From: Fimbriosthenelais zetlandica
Taxonomy: Eukaryota
DNA: 64,000 nucleotides
Assembly (NCBI GenBank): GCA_977030845.1
Contig: OZ365109.1
Span: forward strand, 57,040,001 to 57,104,000
Reading direction: 5' to 3'
Below the pieces are notes generated by a model. It made no database searches, had not been told where the DNA came from, and was given only the letters and a program-made list of their open reading frames with translations. The position numbers and the translations under genes are program-made. Within the stretch, counting starts at the first letter, position 1; each line of letters begins with the position of its first letter. Below, in pieces: positions 37,747 through 52,536 of this stretch.

Positions 37747-39397
37747 CCTATGTCATGTGACTGGTCACGAGATAGCGGAAGAACCTTTTGGAGGAGGAAT
37801 TGGAAGTAAAACATTGAGGATGAAGTGAATAGAATGGCGTTATGTTGAAGGAGGGGAGGGAATGGCATAAAAGGATGGCAAGAGATAATATTGGCCCACC
37901 CAGCCTTGCTGCAGCAGTGGATATTGCTTTATTCACTCGGGCTAAAAGCTTTAGAAAATGTAGCTGTGGGCAATATTCCCTAGGCTGAGGGTAATGGAGC
38001 GCCTATCATTTTCCAAGTACAGTTTCGTGTGATAGGTTTTAGGATTCGATAGCTGGTATCATCTATGGAGACTCCCAGAATCTATCCTTCAGTTTTACAT
38101 TGCAAAAATAACCTATAGACAAGATGAATTGCTTGACGTTGTTTGCTGTTTTATTACTCCAAAAGGAAAGGTAATAATAAAGCAGAACTGAGGCGGTTTT
38201 TATGTTTGTGTGTGCTGTGAGATAGGTTGACACGCCCTTTGACTTGTTTCATCTCTCAGTTATATGATACCATTCTCCCTATCCCCTTCCCTTGACCTAC
38301 ATGCCAAGACATAACCCTACTCCCTTGTATTCTGTTTCTATGATCGTTGGATGAGACCATGACAGGTATAAAACTGTTTAAAGCATTGTTTGCTGGTCTC
38401 CCACATCAATACTCTAGGCAATATTTAGCTCATTTTATCTCCCTTACGACATCAGAGAAACAATAGTCTTCTTTGTAGGATCTGTTATCTCAAAAACCTT
38501 AAGGAGATGTGTAAAATGATTTGTGTTATACACCAAGAAAGCAAGGATCTGCTTCAAATCTGCTTCAGTAAAAAGCATAGAAGGCTTCACCTCAACGACT
38601 ATGCTGCCACTGACGCAGGTGTGGCCAGTGCACCTAATCCGATTTACCAACCGCTGCAATAAAATGTCAGCCGTTTTGATGGATTTAGTATAAAGTGACT
38701 TAAAACAGCAAATCTCCATTTGCCTCAGAGGTTTTGCAAAGCAAACTAGTATATCAATTAGATTTCATTCTCAATTTGCACTTGTTTACCATTATTGGAG
38801 TCTCTTAGACTAAAGGCCCTTTATAATTCCTCACTAATGCTTATAAGAAAGTTGCGGTGAAAAAGTGGATGAGTTAAGTTGGGATTGGCTACCGAGGCAA
38901 GGGGCACTTTATTTGTATTACAAAAATTAGGTCCTAAAACACATTGTCTCGTCTAAAATAGATACATTTTTACAGCAAATCCTCATATATTTACATCCCC
39001 TAGATATGTATGCTTTGCTTACTATACTTATGTACATGTCTTGCAGGCTGTCGTTCTTGCTTTGTTGCTTCTCTAAGCCTACTCCTTTGAGCAGGCACTA
39101 TAATATGTGGAAGTAGGGTGTCTAGACAGTGCTAAACTGACCTGAAAAATCATGTTTTATTTATCCTTGCCTCTTAGATAGGATCGAATGTTACAAGATT
39201 AAAACACCTCAACTTTGCATATCAATTGAGCCGGCTGAGTCAGACTTGCTGAAAAAAGCCTGAGGTTAAATTCTGAACAGGAAGAATCTAGCAAGTGTAT
39301 CCAAACTTGCAGATGTTGCTGAATCCATCTACCGCTTTGTCATCTCGGTCTAGCTGTGGTACCTTATATACCTGAATTCAGACATTTACTTCTAGAT

Positions 39398-39414
39398 CCC
39401 CCCCCCCCCCCCCC
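39398..39414. repeat. Poly-C homopolymer (C17)
   Basis: 17 consecutive C, read directly. Confidence 0.9.
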
Positions 39415-42400
39415 AAAGACTTATCTCCCCCATTCCTTACTGTGACTGGTCTCTTACTTTATTGATCCATCGATGTAGAAGGATTCTTTCCCTGGGTGTG
39501 TGGCCATTTTTTTCTTTCACTTAGTGGTTAAGAGTGCAGTATTGAGTGCCCAAGGGAGACCCCCTCGCTCCGATCAGTGGTTTCCAGCGATTTACCCATT
39601 TCAATTAGACACCCTGGCCTCCCGCGGGAAATTCAGGCAATTAGTGGCGTTTGCTTTTGAAATTATTCATGCTTGTATTCGGAAGTAGCTTTTGCACCGA
39701 ACAATACGATGATCTAGGGGGCGAAGACATGGAAAAATACTCGTTCAAGGCAAGTGGCAAGTTATCTAATACTCGAGCAGATTAACCACAGGCGCGGCTG
39801 TTGACTGGGCCGAGGAATGGAATCTTGTTGATTTTTATCTGCCAAGCCGACAAGGGAGAGCGCCTCCCAGTCGCCTCCTTGGCAGACAATCTCCGGGCCA
39901 ATGCTGCCATTATGTGAAATGATTCCAACAGCGCTCCTTGTTCAGAATCGCCTGAAGGTGTTACAACAATTTTTTGCCAAAATGTACATTTGCTCTCAAT
40001 CTAATCGCAATTTATTTCATAAAAGCGAGGTGATTTGACGACGGAGGTGTTGAGGCAAATGGGAGAAGAGGTGAACTCTCCTTCCTTCCCTGAGCTGTTG
40101 GGCTGGATGCAAGGCCTGCTCATAGCACGATATTGTGCAATGTAATTTTGGCGGCAAATCGTGACCAGTGTCTCAGGCTTTGTCTTTGATCTCTGATCTG
40201 GACTGGAGCGCCCTCTGCCTCTGGTCATTATACACTGCCCCCTGTGTGAAGTAATGCCTCCCTCGTGTGATCTCTTACAAAAATATGAACTATAGGACGA
40301 CCTCCAGGCGTTCTCACTAAGGATACCCTATTATCGCTCAAAATGATGCCTACAATGACTCTGGCACATCCGATAGTTCCATCAGATACTGCGTGTCCTT
40401 AAGGCCACCTCCAGCGAACATCAAGTTGAAGATTGTAAGGGGAATTGGTTCGTGCAGGAAACACTTTCCTCCCATCTGAAAGTCAACACGCAATTCAAAC
40501 TTGTTCCAGTCTCTCCGGCCTACGTGTATATCCTATGTCTGAGGGAGAACAGATACTTTGATGCATGACGCAATGTGACTCAGCAGAAATTTTAATTGGA
40601 TACACTCTCACTCCTGCTTGGATTGAAAGGGGAATTGCATTGTGCACATGGCACCGTGCTTTATGACTTCGTTCTATGCAGGGAAGATGGACGATCATCA
40701 ACAGTATTAGCATGTGGTCATAATATATTCAGGAATATTGAATGTCTCAAACTGAGCGTTAATTCCAAGCTTATGTGCGTGGTGATTTATATTATCACTT
40801 GTCATAGGTTATGTGCATTATGAGTCACTGAGATGATCATTTATTTTCCATACTTTTTCCATTCAATCACTTCACAACTTGTCACCTTATAGCTTCTCCG
40901 GGAATATTGATTAATATGTCTCTCAGTGCAGCTTTTCACAACTTTAATTAACATTGCAAAGCCTTATCCCATACTGTCATTTATTTTGCCTTTAAGCAAC
41001 ATCCAGATACTGTATCTTGTTTAATATAGCATGCAGGAAAACCGGTGATAAAATCATTAAATCATGATGGTATGGGTGGCCCTGCTGTCTATACATGTTT
41101 ATCTTATGTTCCTCCTGCTGTCGGTTCATAGAAGAATACAGAGCCTCTTGCCTGGGGAAGCTGTGAAATAGCTGTCCATGATTAAGCCTAATCACATTGT
41201 ATGTCTGACCGGGGTTTGTTCCACAAAAAAGGACGAGACATCTGCTATGAATGAGCCTTTGGGGAGCATTTCCTATGGAGCAGCCCCCTGAACCTTGATT
41301 GAAAGGTGTCCCTGATTACAGAGTGTTCCCCCTGGTCTGTTAGACCACTATATAGTGGAGGGACACTGTGGTTGATAGCTGACTTCCTGTAGCTAGCCAT
41401 CACATAGCTAAAGCCCCGAGCTGCTCCAGCCCCAGCCTCCCCCTATACGCCCGCCCACCGCCATGGCGACCCCCACCCCACGCCCACCCCTCATTCCTCT
41501 ACCTGCTTCATCATGTCCAACACAGGAGCCAGATCCACTGTTTACTATCATACCATGCTGACACATAAGTAAAGATGTGCTTCTACCTCCATCCATATAT
41601 AACGTGGCTCCTTCCGCCTTTCTTTCCTACCGGTTGAGCTGAAAGTTATTAATTCCGTGGGTCACCTTTCTAAATTACTGCCTGCCACTTGAAATTAATG
41701 GAGTCACAGGCATTTCTAGTATTTCATTGTGGTGTAGTTACTATTTTACCCTGCCTCTGTCTTATGAAACTTTTCTTGCAATGTTGGCATTTTTGGTTAC
41801 GAACATGCATCATACATGGTTATCTAAAGCCGATATCATGGATAATCGGTTCGGATGAGTGTGATAAAATACCCTCATTTTACACAATGAGACCAAAATC
41901 TGACCTCCTAGAAGAGCAATTTCATTCCAATCACGGGATGACTTGGCCAATATGGGAAATGTCAGTGGTGAGGGGAAAAAGACAGATTCTTACTGTAATT
42001 GAATACATTGAAAGTGTTTGGAAAATAATTGAAGCAGTCAAAAACCTCCAGGCTTGTCTTTAAGCCTGGGTGTCAATGGCTCTGGTCGAAGGGCGCTGTT
42101 ACTGGAGCCCATTGTTTGCGTGCTACCATTGCTCGTCCCAATAATTTGGAAAGTAATGAAAATGAATCACATGCACGCATAATGCCTGCCTCTTAACTTT
42201 GAAAGCCTGTTGGAATTTTAAATCATTTAGTGTAATTGTATGGTGTAACGCAATGGGTCGTAAATGGAGCCAACAGATAGTGTTGGGATTGTCCTATATT
42301 ACCAACATAATAATATATATTCAAATTAATATGTTTTTCGTAAGACTGATGTAAATCTCCTGGGTTTAGGAATTGTTGCAAAGTTGTGGGTTTGGTTCCC

Positions 42401-44808
42401 TCTACCATCCACCTCTTATATAGTGGTATTTTTACATTCCTGGCTTCGTTCCATACGGAACCTTAAGTTTGATTTTGTGTTGGTGGCGCTTTTGAATAAG
42501 GCCTTGTCTTCCTCCATGGATGTTTCCTTGAAAGGCACTGGTGGTGCCAAAACATCTCTCGATCAATTTTGTATTCATTGCCCTGGAGCAGAGGACCAAA
42601 CTCTTTTAGGTAATTATTAGCAGAAAATCAGATTGTTCTACCCATTTTTTAATTTCTTAAGTGCGATTAGGTTTCACGTAGGAGGAGGCGGTGTCTTTTG
42701 CTCCTGCCACCCCTGTCTCTTATCGCGAGGCCTTCAACGTATAAACAGTAAGTACACCCGTTTCAAATTGCACACCCTGTAAGTGGCTGCACTTTTAATT
42801 TGGCAGCTTGCCAAAGGAATATTCTTCAACTCTTTGAAAGCCTGGTGTGTGCCGAGATGACGGGGTAGAGTGCAACGTGGCAAGAAATGCTGCATGTGGC
42901 GCATCATGAAGGACGCAGCATTCCCCGTAATTGATGTCATCTCCCTTCATCTCGCGTCATCTCGTGTTATTCTCTGATTACGATCAAGGATCAATATATA
43001 ACGTAATGTCTTGAGATCACGGCAAAACCAACCGATCACCGGCGTGGCTGTGACACAGGCTGATCGTCAGCTGGGCATAATTATGACAAGGCAGGGCCTT
43101 TCTGACGGCCCAGCTACAGCCGATCGGGGAGGATCAAGGCCTCACCAGTCGATCATCAATTTTCACCACCAGCCGTGGGAGGAGGGTTCAGCCGGGGCGA
43201 TGTGCTTAATAACGACTCCCGACGGTTACTATCCCATTATTTCAGGTAGGCGCCAATGGAGAATGCAGTGAGAGAAATGTTTGAAGATATATCAATCATA
43301 CTCCCAAGACACCAACTTAGCCATAGGCATGATAAGCATGCCATCATCAATCCCCACATCCAACACCCTTTCCCTACTTCCTATATATATACTCTGACTG
43401 ATAAATATTGTCTTATATTATTTTAACGTTGAGTAATGTCCAGAGCGTCAGCGAGCTTTGCCTCACCCACATAATTTAAGTCCTTCCATCCATGTTTAGC
43501 AATGTGAATTATAAGGTAAAATGTGTGGACAGATACTTCGGTAAGCTCATGTTTGTGGTCATGTTTTCAAATCAACCACCATCACTTTTGTCTAGCTGTT
43601 GAAAGCTCTTTTGACCCTGGTTGGGATCCGGCATGATACAAAGGCATATTGTCCATGTGTCATATTCCTTGTGGCTATTACATATCTCAACCATCCCACC
43701 CTTGTCATTACCCTACTCAATTATCTTGGATTGAATCGAGTGACATTCTGTTAGGGTGAATGGCCACTGGCCCCCGGACAGTGAGATCAGGTTTGGAGTA
43801 TACTGGGGCCTTTGGAGATATCCCCTCATGTAGATAGCGATGTCTTTTGTCTTAATTCAGCAGTGGAAGTATAGCCTTGCTATCACTTCTTCAGCCTACT
43901 CTTCACCTACCTCCCTCGATCTCTCCCAGTGATTGATCAGGGCCGGGACATAGTCACTGGCCTGTGTGTGTTTGGCCATAATTCCTTGTTGGATGCGGTC
44001 ATGATGGATGACACTTCTTCCATCAGTTGTGAGCAGTTGGAGTATTTTCTGGATAATTGGGTTGTGCTCAGCCTTGCACCCTTATGTGTAATCTGGCCTA
44101 TAGACGTTGTGATGCGTACACTACTTTAGCGTGACGTTGGCAAGCATTCACAAGGGTAGACCAAGATAAGAGACTGCGAGAAAACCCTCAGCAATTAAAA
44201 GTGACTAATAAATCCTGCACTTCTGGGAACATACTTCAGGGGAGCAGGAAGGCAAGTTTTGTTTTCCCAGACAACAACTAATATGATTGTTTCATTTGCT
44301 TGGAAATGACAACTCTTAGGATGGAGCCCTTTTCAGAAAGCTCTTTCACTCCACTTAGAATTATCTGTATTTTCAAGTTGTGTTGCATGACAGTTCCTCT
44401 CGACTAAGTGTTATTGATTTTTGGCTTCCACCATTAAAATGCCCTTGGAAGGATAATTGTTTATTTCGAGGTATTTTATATTTGGCTTTATTGTCATGTT
44501 TCCTGCTGAGTTCTATATTTGGTTGTTGCAAGAGTCTTACAATTGCCACGAGCATTTTCAACTCAATCCTGGCCATGATTTTCATGCCTCTGGAAATGAA
44601 ATCTTTTAGGATGTGAAAATCCAGGGTGGTGTTGGCTCGATGGAATACAACAAAATCCTTTCTTCAAGCATAGAAGATGGCTGCTTTTCCCCTTCTGTGG
44701 CTGTGCTGAGAAGTTTGGGCTAAATAGGTTCAGAGGTGAGCGACCGCTGACGATATTGGCTTCAATCAGTTTGGTGTATTTCCATCTCGAATGGTGCTAC
44801 ACAGTCCC

Positions 44809-44932
44809 CGCATCTTGCCATTTCCGGCAGCACGCAACAATTCACGCGTGACTGCCCCGCCTGATCGTCGCTCGGCGCGTTCGTCGCCTCGCGCGATCAG
44901 TCAGGGCGGCCGTGAAGCGTGAAGTCATAACG
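44809..44932. promoter_or_regulatory. CpG-dense patch, candidate unmethylated promoter or enhancer
   Basis: About 20 CpG in ~125 bp (hand count) in an otherwise CpG-poor background. It contains GC-box CCCCGCC, TTCCGG, palindrome TCACGCGTGA and a CTGATCG/CGATCAG inverted pair. Confidence 0.4.
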
Positions 44933-47900
44933 TCCAGACAAAACGGGAACATAATGTGGCCTGAGGATGGATGTCAAGAAGTTAATCGCTGTGTGCGGTC
45001 AGCCAGCCAGAGACAACAATACACGCACACTGCAGCATCTGCCGAGCGAGGCAAAGCAAGCGCCTACCAAAGGCATGTGACGACAAGAGGCAACAGGAAC
45101 GCTGGTTCAGTGAGGTAATGCAAAGTGTAATCAACAGAACTAAATGGAGCGGAAGCAGCTGAAATAGAGCCGAATCAGTCATGTAAAACACATGATTAAG
45201 TCCTTAGCAGAACTGGGGCCTTTGTGAACAAAAAGATCCCCCAACTCGACGTTTAGGAATATGAGATAGCTGCCTTCCCTTCCACTCAGTCGCTTATCAC
45301 CATTAGCAGAAAAGGGAGAGAGACAAAGTCTGCCTTGCCACAATAGGAGAAAGTAACATATATACACCGATATCCAGTATATCGTCACAAAGATAGCTGC
45401 CTGCCCATAGTACAGAACACTTCTTAAGCCTTAGCTTACACTAGCAGGGTGGGAGGACATTATTTATGCACCTCAGTTTAAAAAAGATAAATTGCTGCTT
45501 GGCAGATGGTTAAGAGTAATGCAGCCTTATGTATAAAATCTCGGGAGGGAGAGTGGACAAAAACAACAATAGTGATATCCCACTCGGGACCTTTTCGCGA
45601 AGAATAAAAAGATGAGGAATCGTCAGACTTGTCAATGCTCAGTTTAAGACTCAATCTAACATAGTGCACAGACCAGCTATGGCCGACAGAGAACCATCAA
45701 TAATCCCCCAAAATACAAATGCAATAACCAAGAAGTTAATACTGGACCAGTAAATGACCATCAAAACAGCTAAATGATGGAGACAGATAGTCTCTTCACT
45801 AGATTGCTGTGGATTTGTGCTTTGATACATGTGATATGGCCAGTATCACATTAATGTTTTCTAATCAACAAATCTTCCCGCATTCAACCATCTTGATTTG
45901 GTTACTTTTGCTCAAGGACATCATGTGTTAACAGTAATTTCAATAGGCAAATTCCAGAAATGTTCAGTTGTACCGTTTTTCAATTGAAATCTCAGTCGGT
46001 AAAAGGCTTGTCTTTCTTTTCATATTGGGTGTTTTGAACTAGATGTTTCCCACTACATGTACATGTATGATGAAGCAGCACTTTACAATGTCGATGCCCA
46101 TGCTGTAGTATATGAAAATAGCGAAGAATCCCAGGCATGGCATTGCACGCTTTCTGCCCCATGCAAATGTCATGGATCACTGGATAATTTTCATATGTAA
46201 TGAATCCAAGCAGATTTATATCCTCTTATATGCAACATCAATTACATTGGTCTAGAACATTCTGACATTCCAAAATGCGCTGCAACTGAGGTGACCATGT
46301 CTTCGCTGATTTTTTGAGATCCCAGGTTCAGTTCCCCAAGGTTCCATCATCGCTCTAACTTTGCCATTGTCCTACTCCATCCAGTGCATCTAACTGGGAT
46401 ATCAAAGGACGGGGCTCCATGTTTTTCACTGCCAATGTGATTTCTTCATGTCTAATTATGAACTAATAGTATTAATTTTACTGTATTCAAGGTCCTGCTG
46501 GAAATATCGTTCTCTGAGGGATTATATAAGCCTAACTCGATCTTTCCAGCCTACATGTATATTAATATGACGGGTGTTTGATTGTGTCGTATACATTTAC
46601 ACTTTCCATATCTAAATTTATCAAGTGGAATCTTCGCTGGCCCAGAAGGAAGTCGAAACACTTGATGCCTGGCACTTGCGAGGGAAGTGTTTGCTGCTAC
46701 TGATACCTAAGACAAAGGCGTCAGAAACACCCTAATGCTATTTCCATCGGTTCCAAAAATAAAATGTCATTTCGGTTTGAATTCCATAAGCCAAGGATAC
46801 GAGGACATTGAAGTGAAGATCTTAGTGCTTAGTCATTTTCACCTGTCAAAGGGCCATGGCTGAGGAGTTGCATGCAGAAATTGATGGTTGGAAGCAGAGA
46901 CATGCCAACTATTCACTGCCTGCTGCATTGGAGAATTGATATAAGCATTTATTATTTGTGACGTGAATTAATGTCCCTGTTAGTATAAAGCATGGCCAGA
47001 GTGGACTGGGATCTGGCTGACATCTTGTCCCTACATTACATATATTACGTGTCTCACCCACGCCTTAATCATCACAGATACTGCATCGCTCTGCGATCAT
47101 TCTTACCAGGCTGGCCTGACACCAACAGGCACCTAATAATGGAGGGAAAATTGGTGCCGACGGAGGGCTGACAAGAATTCTTCAACCAATGGCCTACATA
47201 CTTCTACAAGACAAAAAAATACACAGCCTGGCTAAGTCATATGCATATAATGAAATATCTATTATATTTTGGGAGTGAAGTCGTGTGAACTCATGTTATA
47301 GCGGATTTAATCAAGCCATTCAATATCCTCTCAATGAACTTGCCAGTCGTGTGACAAAGTCTTTTTCAGGATATAAAAGAGTATTGCGTGGCTTGCTTGG
47401 TATAAGCGTAATCTGTTTCCTAAAAATATGTCGCACCGGAGCTATAGGATAATCGATCAGATGACTGCGACAAGGGTGTGGCAGAAATATGCGGAGGGCG
47501 CTGTGGGGAAGCTGCTTTATTCTATAGGATTACTTCTAGTATCACCAACTTTAATCTGCGCTGGGGATAGGTTGATGATATAGTTGCTTCCTATTCACTT
47601 CCATCATTGAGCACCTTATACCAAAGAGATAAATGATGTACACATGGTATGTCTGTACTTCACAAAGAGGGTTTACTCCTATATTTAGACTGTATTTATT
47701 ATTCATGTAATTGAAGGAATCATTTGCCTGCCAGGAATGAACACATCAACACCTGGGTGCCCGTTTTGAGGGGGGATTTTGAGTGAGGTTTCCATTGGAT
47801 GCATTATTAATTGGGTCTTATTTATCCATGTCCCATAAATGGATAATTTGCTTGTTACAGGCATCGAGTCATTGTTTATTTTTGTTGGAGACAAGGGCTG

Positions 47901-50900
47901 CGCCTTATTGAAGACCATTTTATTCCCTGAAATCTCCAATAATATAATTGATGATATCTCCCAGTTCCAATCTATTGGCCCAGGCAATAAAGGGACTTGT
48001 ATATTCCCCGCGTGATATAATCAGCTAGAACTGACATGGGAATTATGAAATGAATTATGCATATTTCAGTCCTGTTCCTCTGGACCCAAAGAGCAATCAT
48101 CTAATGTAAATCGCAGCGGGTCCCTAAGCTCCCCAAAAACAATTTCCTGTGGTCCTATGCCTCGTATTCTTTACTTTCATTGTTTGACAGGCCTGCGTGT
48201 GCGCACGCATCTACGCGACCGTTCAGATAGAATAATCCAGATATTATACACTCTTTTATGCCCATCACGTCAAAGGCATGGGCAAGAAACTTTTAAAGCC
48301 AGGACTAAACTATTATTATACTGGCACATAGTAATAATACTGTGAAATAAGCCATTTGATACATGTGATCCAGTCACACACAGATATAAAACTAACGCCC
48401 AGTTCCTTAATTCCATTTGACATTTCGTAATCCACATCTGAATATTGAAGCTTTTTGGTAAGGCAAACCTATGGAGATTTGGGTCATCCGTAATGCCTAA
48501 TGGGGAAGATATATGATGTTCACATAATGGATGTGGTAAATCTAAAGTATTAAACTAATTTGGTGGGCAGCCACTGTCTAGTGGTAAACCGCTGCTCCCT
48601 TCACACGCTTCCCACTCCCCTAGATCATCTCGCCGATCCATCATTTTCCGTCCAAGCCATCTGATCATCTTTTGTCGTTGATTACCTATCACCCAATCCT
48701 CGGCCCCCTCAACCTCACAGATCCATCTCTCAATTACTCATATTTGGTTATAGGAGGCTGTGCTGGTATCGAAAAGCCCTCTCCCCTCCTCATCAAGTCA
48801 CCCTTCTCTGGCACTGTTCGTGTGTCAAGTCCAATTAAGCCAGCCACCTTAGAACCATAGCAATTCATGTGGATTTTTCCCCAAAAAAATCTTAGAAATG
48901 TTTCTGTGTAACATCCACCATTGCGGGAAATGTTTTTAAAGTGTGTTTGGGGATGTAAATTTGAAGGTTTCAAAACACAATTCATGAGGAACTAATAGAA
49001 GTGACCTGCTTTTCGAACGGAGCCGTCCCTTCAAGTCACCACACCCATCACCCATCCAGGCTATGTCAGACTGGCGCAGACTAGTCGTCACTCAGTCAGC
49101 CATGATTCCACCGCCCGAGCTGTCGTCATATTTGCTCAACTAAGTGTGCCACCATATGCTAATCCACTAATCCAATGATGCAATAAGAGCTCGTGGAGAT
49201 CGACCCGTATTAGCTGGATTAGTGAAGGAGGGGATCCAGAAGAAGGATTAGCAGCAAGGACGGTGAATGCGGATCTCTCCATCCACCCCTCCACCACCCG
49301 CCCCTACCTCCAGTCTAGTAAAGAGTTGAAAAGGTTGTCAGTAGTGGGCTGATGCTAGGGGTAGGATCTATAAAGTGGCATGTTTTGGAGGCTCTGTCAC
49401 CCGTCAGATCTGTAGGCCAGTTCTGTCAGGCTTTGAGCACTTCAAATACACCTCTCAGCTTTGCTGAGTGACACCCTTATCCCAAACTTCCCTACTGGTT
49501 ATCCTTAAAGTGACGGCCTTAATCTAGCCACGTTAGAACATAGCAGTGGGAGGATATTTCACCTCGCCACTCGTTGAATCTTATTCTCCTATCTCCCACT
49601 GCTCAGAGGGAAGGATATAACATCTTATGAGCACATATATCCTGCTTTTTTACTGGAGAGAGGGCAGAATCTCCTTCCACAGTTGTCTTATTCAGTGGTG
49701 GGAGGCTTCAAGGGACTTGAAGCACTAGAAGGTTTGCAGGAGGGGCACTAGATTGATCACATTTTCATTAGATGGCATTAAGGGATTATGTATTACAGCT
49801 ATCCCCCATGCTGCTTCGGATTTGTGAGTCGATAAGCATAATGATAGGAAATAACGTAGACCTCTTTTTTATCTCCTGAGGTACTGTGAACTCGACTCCA
49901 TGCCGGCAGGCAACCCAATCTGTGGTATAACTAGTTAAAATGTATTGTGGTGGCACTTGGTTGTTGGTGTTAGTTACTTGGCAAATATTATATATCTTTA
50001 AATGTAGGTGTCGATTGTGATTACACTGCATGGGCAGTGAAAATTCCAGAAGCGTCCAGCCCAGGACAGATTTGTCAATCAGTTCCAAATGCAATGTCAT
50101 ATCATCTTGTAAACATTCAACATGCCATGCTCGGCTAATGAAAACTGCTCTTATCTCATTTGACCTTATCTCTATGGCAGTCATGGCCTGTTTAAATTTC
50201 CTGCATGGAACTATAGGGAATGTTCATACAGTTAACCTATACATGCACATACCCATGGAGAGAATTAACTGTGATTACCACAATGAATCCCAAGGAGTGA
50301 TGCAAATTTTAATTAATTACAAACCCCCAGGGCCCACAGAGAGCTCTTTTTTATCAGCTCTGACCTGAATTTTTTGCCATGAAAGTAAATAATTTGTTTG
50401 CTATTCGTTTTCGCTGAAATACGTAGCGTACATCAAACATGTGGTAGACGGAAATGGCCCTCACACTCGGGCGATAAGGTCATTGGGAGGAAAATACCTC
50501 TTCCTAAAAGGCCATGCAACAAAGGTTAATAGGGGGACATCTTAAGGATTCCAGCTTACTTGCATTACCCTGGCGATTCAGAATTTGATCAGGTGACTCT
50601 TTCTTTGAAGGGATCAACTGAGGCATGGCTCTTGCACACAGGACTGAGCGCCGCCCAATATTGGAAACGTGGGAAGTGGAAAGGATTGTGTGCCGAGAGC
50701 CAGCCTTTTTCTATAACAACATTACCAGGGCAACGTGAATATGTTTTAATCATAAATTCCTCAGTCTTTCTCTCATAGGTTTAGTGTTTAAATTGGCAGG
50801 AAAGCATCGTCAGTAAAGACATATTAATTCACGCAGCCTTTGCTATAGGGTAGTAGGGCATGCAGAAATTGGTCCCTGCATCCCATTTCCCCATTAATCT

Positions 50901-52197
50901 CCATTGATTAGAGATCTCTAATGAGAGGTGACTTTTTGTAATGAAAAACCATCGCAGATTCTCTAAGAAACTATGAAGAGGAAAACGGTGAGTGCAATCT
51001 ATTATTAAATAGGGCGAGTATGATAGATAATCATAGTGTTTGCAGCCAAGAATTATGTCCCAGTTTTATGCGGGGCTAAATATTCTCATTGATTTTCATT
51101 ACACACTTTCACAGGCAGCAAAGCACTAGCAGCCATCTTAATTATTAGGCATATTATTCCCTAAGCCAGTGCCGTTTCTTTGAGAGTGGTTCAAACATAA
51201 TTTGACTGCACATTAATCTTTTATGGAAATGAGAAGGGGGATTCCTCTGGACGTTGCTTAATACAAACTAAGCTGAGCGAGGCAACCATGGCAAGCAACT
51301 CGTTTTGCAATTTTTGAAAAGGCCTTGATTGGCTGGGCTGTCGGGATGAATTTTCTTCATGCTATAAAAGCAGTCATCACGCGATTGTTGCACCTTGCTT
51401 CAGGATGATAAAGGAAGCTTGTGTCTCATTGTAAAACATATCAGAAAACCCTTTCAGCTCTGGAGAGCATTTATCAAATACACCGTGACATTCTGTGGTA
51501 ATCCCATTGAAAATCACCCACACTGTAATAAGCACTAATAACAAATGATAAAAGTGCTTCGTATGGCTGCTTTTTGCATCGAGATTAAGCTATAAATACA
51601 GCATATGCATCCTGTCATTCATAGCCAGAGGCCTGTGTAAGGATTACTCGAAGGTTCAGACTAACTGGCGTGGCATCACAAAAGCCTGGCGTTTGTACCA
51701 ATATAAGGATTGTTGCCACCGAGCTGTAGCAGGCCCAGCTAGCTATCTTTGAACGTCTCCATAAAACCAACCAACAAACCAGCTCTCCCGACGTGGAGAG
51801 ATTAGCGCAAGAAAAATATTATTCCAGTGTGTTTGCTGCCTGGTGGGGAGAGAGATATGACGACCCTCGAGGATTGAATACAAGCACATAGCCATTCTCA
51901 CCGCACGATAGGATATGCCGCCTTTGTGAGAGTCTTCGGGGAGAGGGAGGAAACGGGCTTCTCGTACACGACTTATATTCAATTTCCGTGACAGCTAGTC
52001 CAACTGACTATCTGAATGGAAAAGCGTGATATGTGTATAATTCTTATCTATTGAAGACTCCTGTGCTCCCTCCCTCTTTCCCTTTACTCCTTCCTTTTCC
52101 CCCTCAAATTTATGATGAGGGCGAGGAGTAGTTTGGGTACGTACCCTATGTGCACAACCGCACCAGAAAACTAGCTGTGGCCATCTTTGCCAAGCCT

Positions 52198-52536
52198 CCT
52201 GGAAGTGTGCCGCCACGTTGTCCATGTTAACACTTTTTGTGGTCCACGGGCGGCTTAGTCAAATCACCTGTGGGTAGCTTGGTCAAACCACCTGTGCCGT
52301 GAGTGGCTTGGACAAACCACCCGTGGGTCGCTTGGACAAACCACCTTTGGATGGCTTAGACAAACCACCTGTGGATGGCTTGGTCAAACCACCTGGAAGT
52401 GTGCCGCTACCTGGCCCATGTTAACACTTTTTGTGGTCCATGGGCGGCTTGGTCAAATCACATGTGGCTGGCTTGACAAACCACCTGTGAGTGGCTTGAT
52501 CAAACCACCTGTGGGTGGCTAGGTCAAACGACATGC
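52198..52536. repeat. Left subterminal array: ~10 near-palindromic 24-bp units in two ~194-bp higher-order blocks
   Basis: Unit consensus is TGGGTGGCTTGGTCAAACCACCTG. The ~50-bp block CCTGGAAGTGTGCCGC...CCATGTTAACACTTTTTGTGGTCCA recurs at 52198 and 52392. Confidence 0.92.

Noticed and set aside
39540-39620. VPKGDPLAP, resembling the LINE RT motif GVRQGDPLSP
   Set aside because: It is flanked by stops, with no upstream or downstream RT motifs such as YADD.
50907-50922. Perfect 16-bp palindrome ATTAGAGATCTCTAAT in a TAAT-rich stretch
   Set aside because: About one such palindrome is expected by chance in 64 kb, and conservation cannot be judged without alignments.
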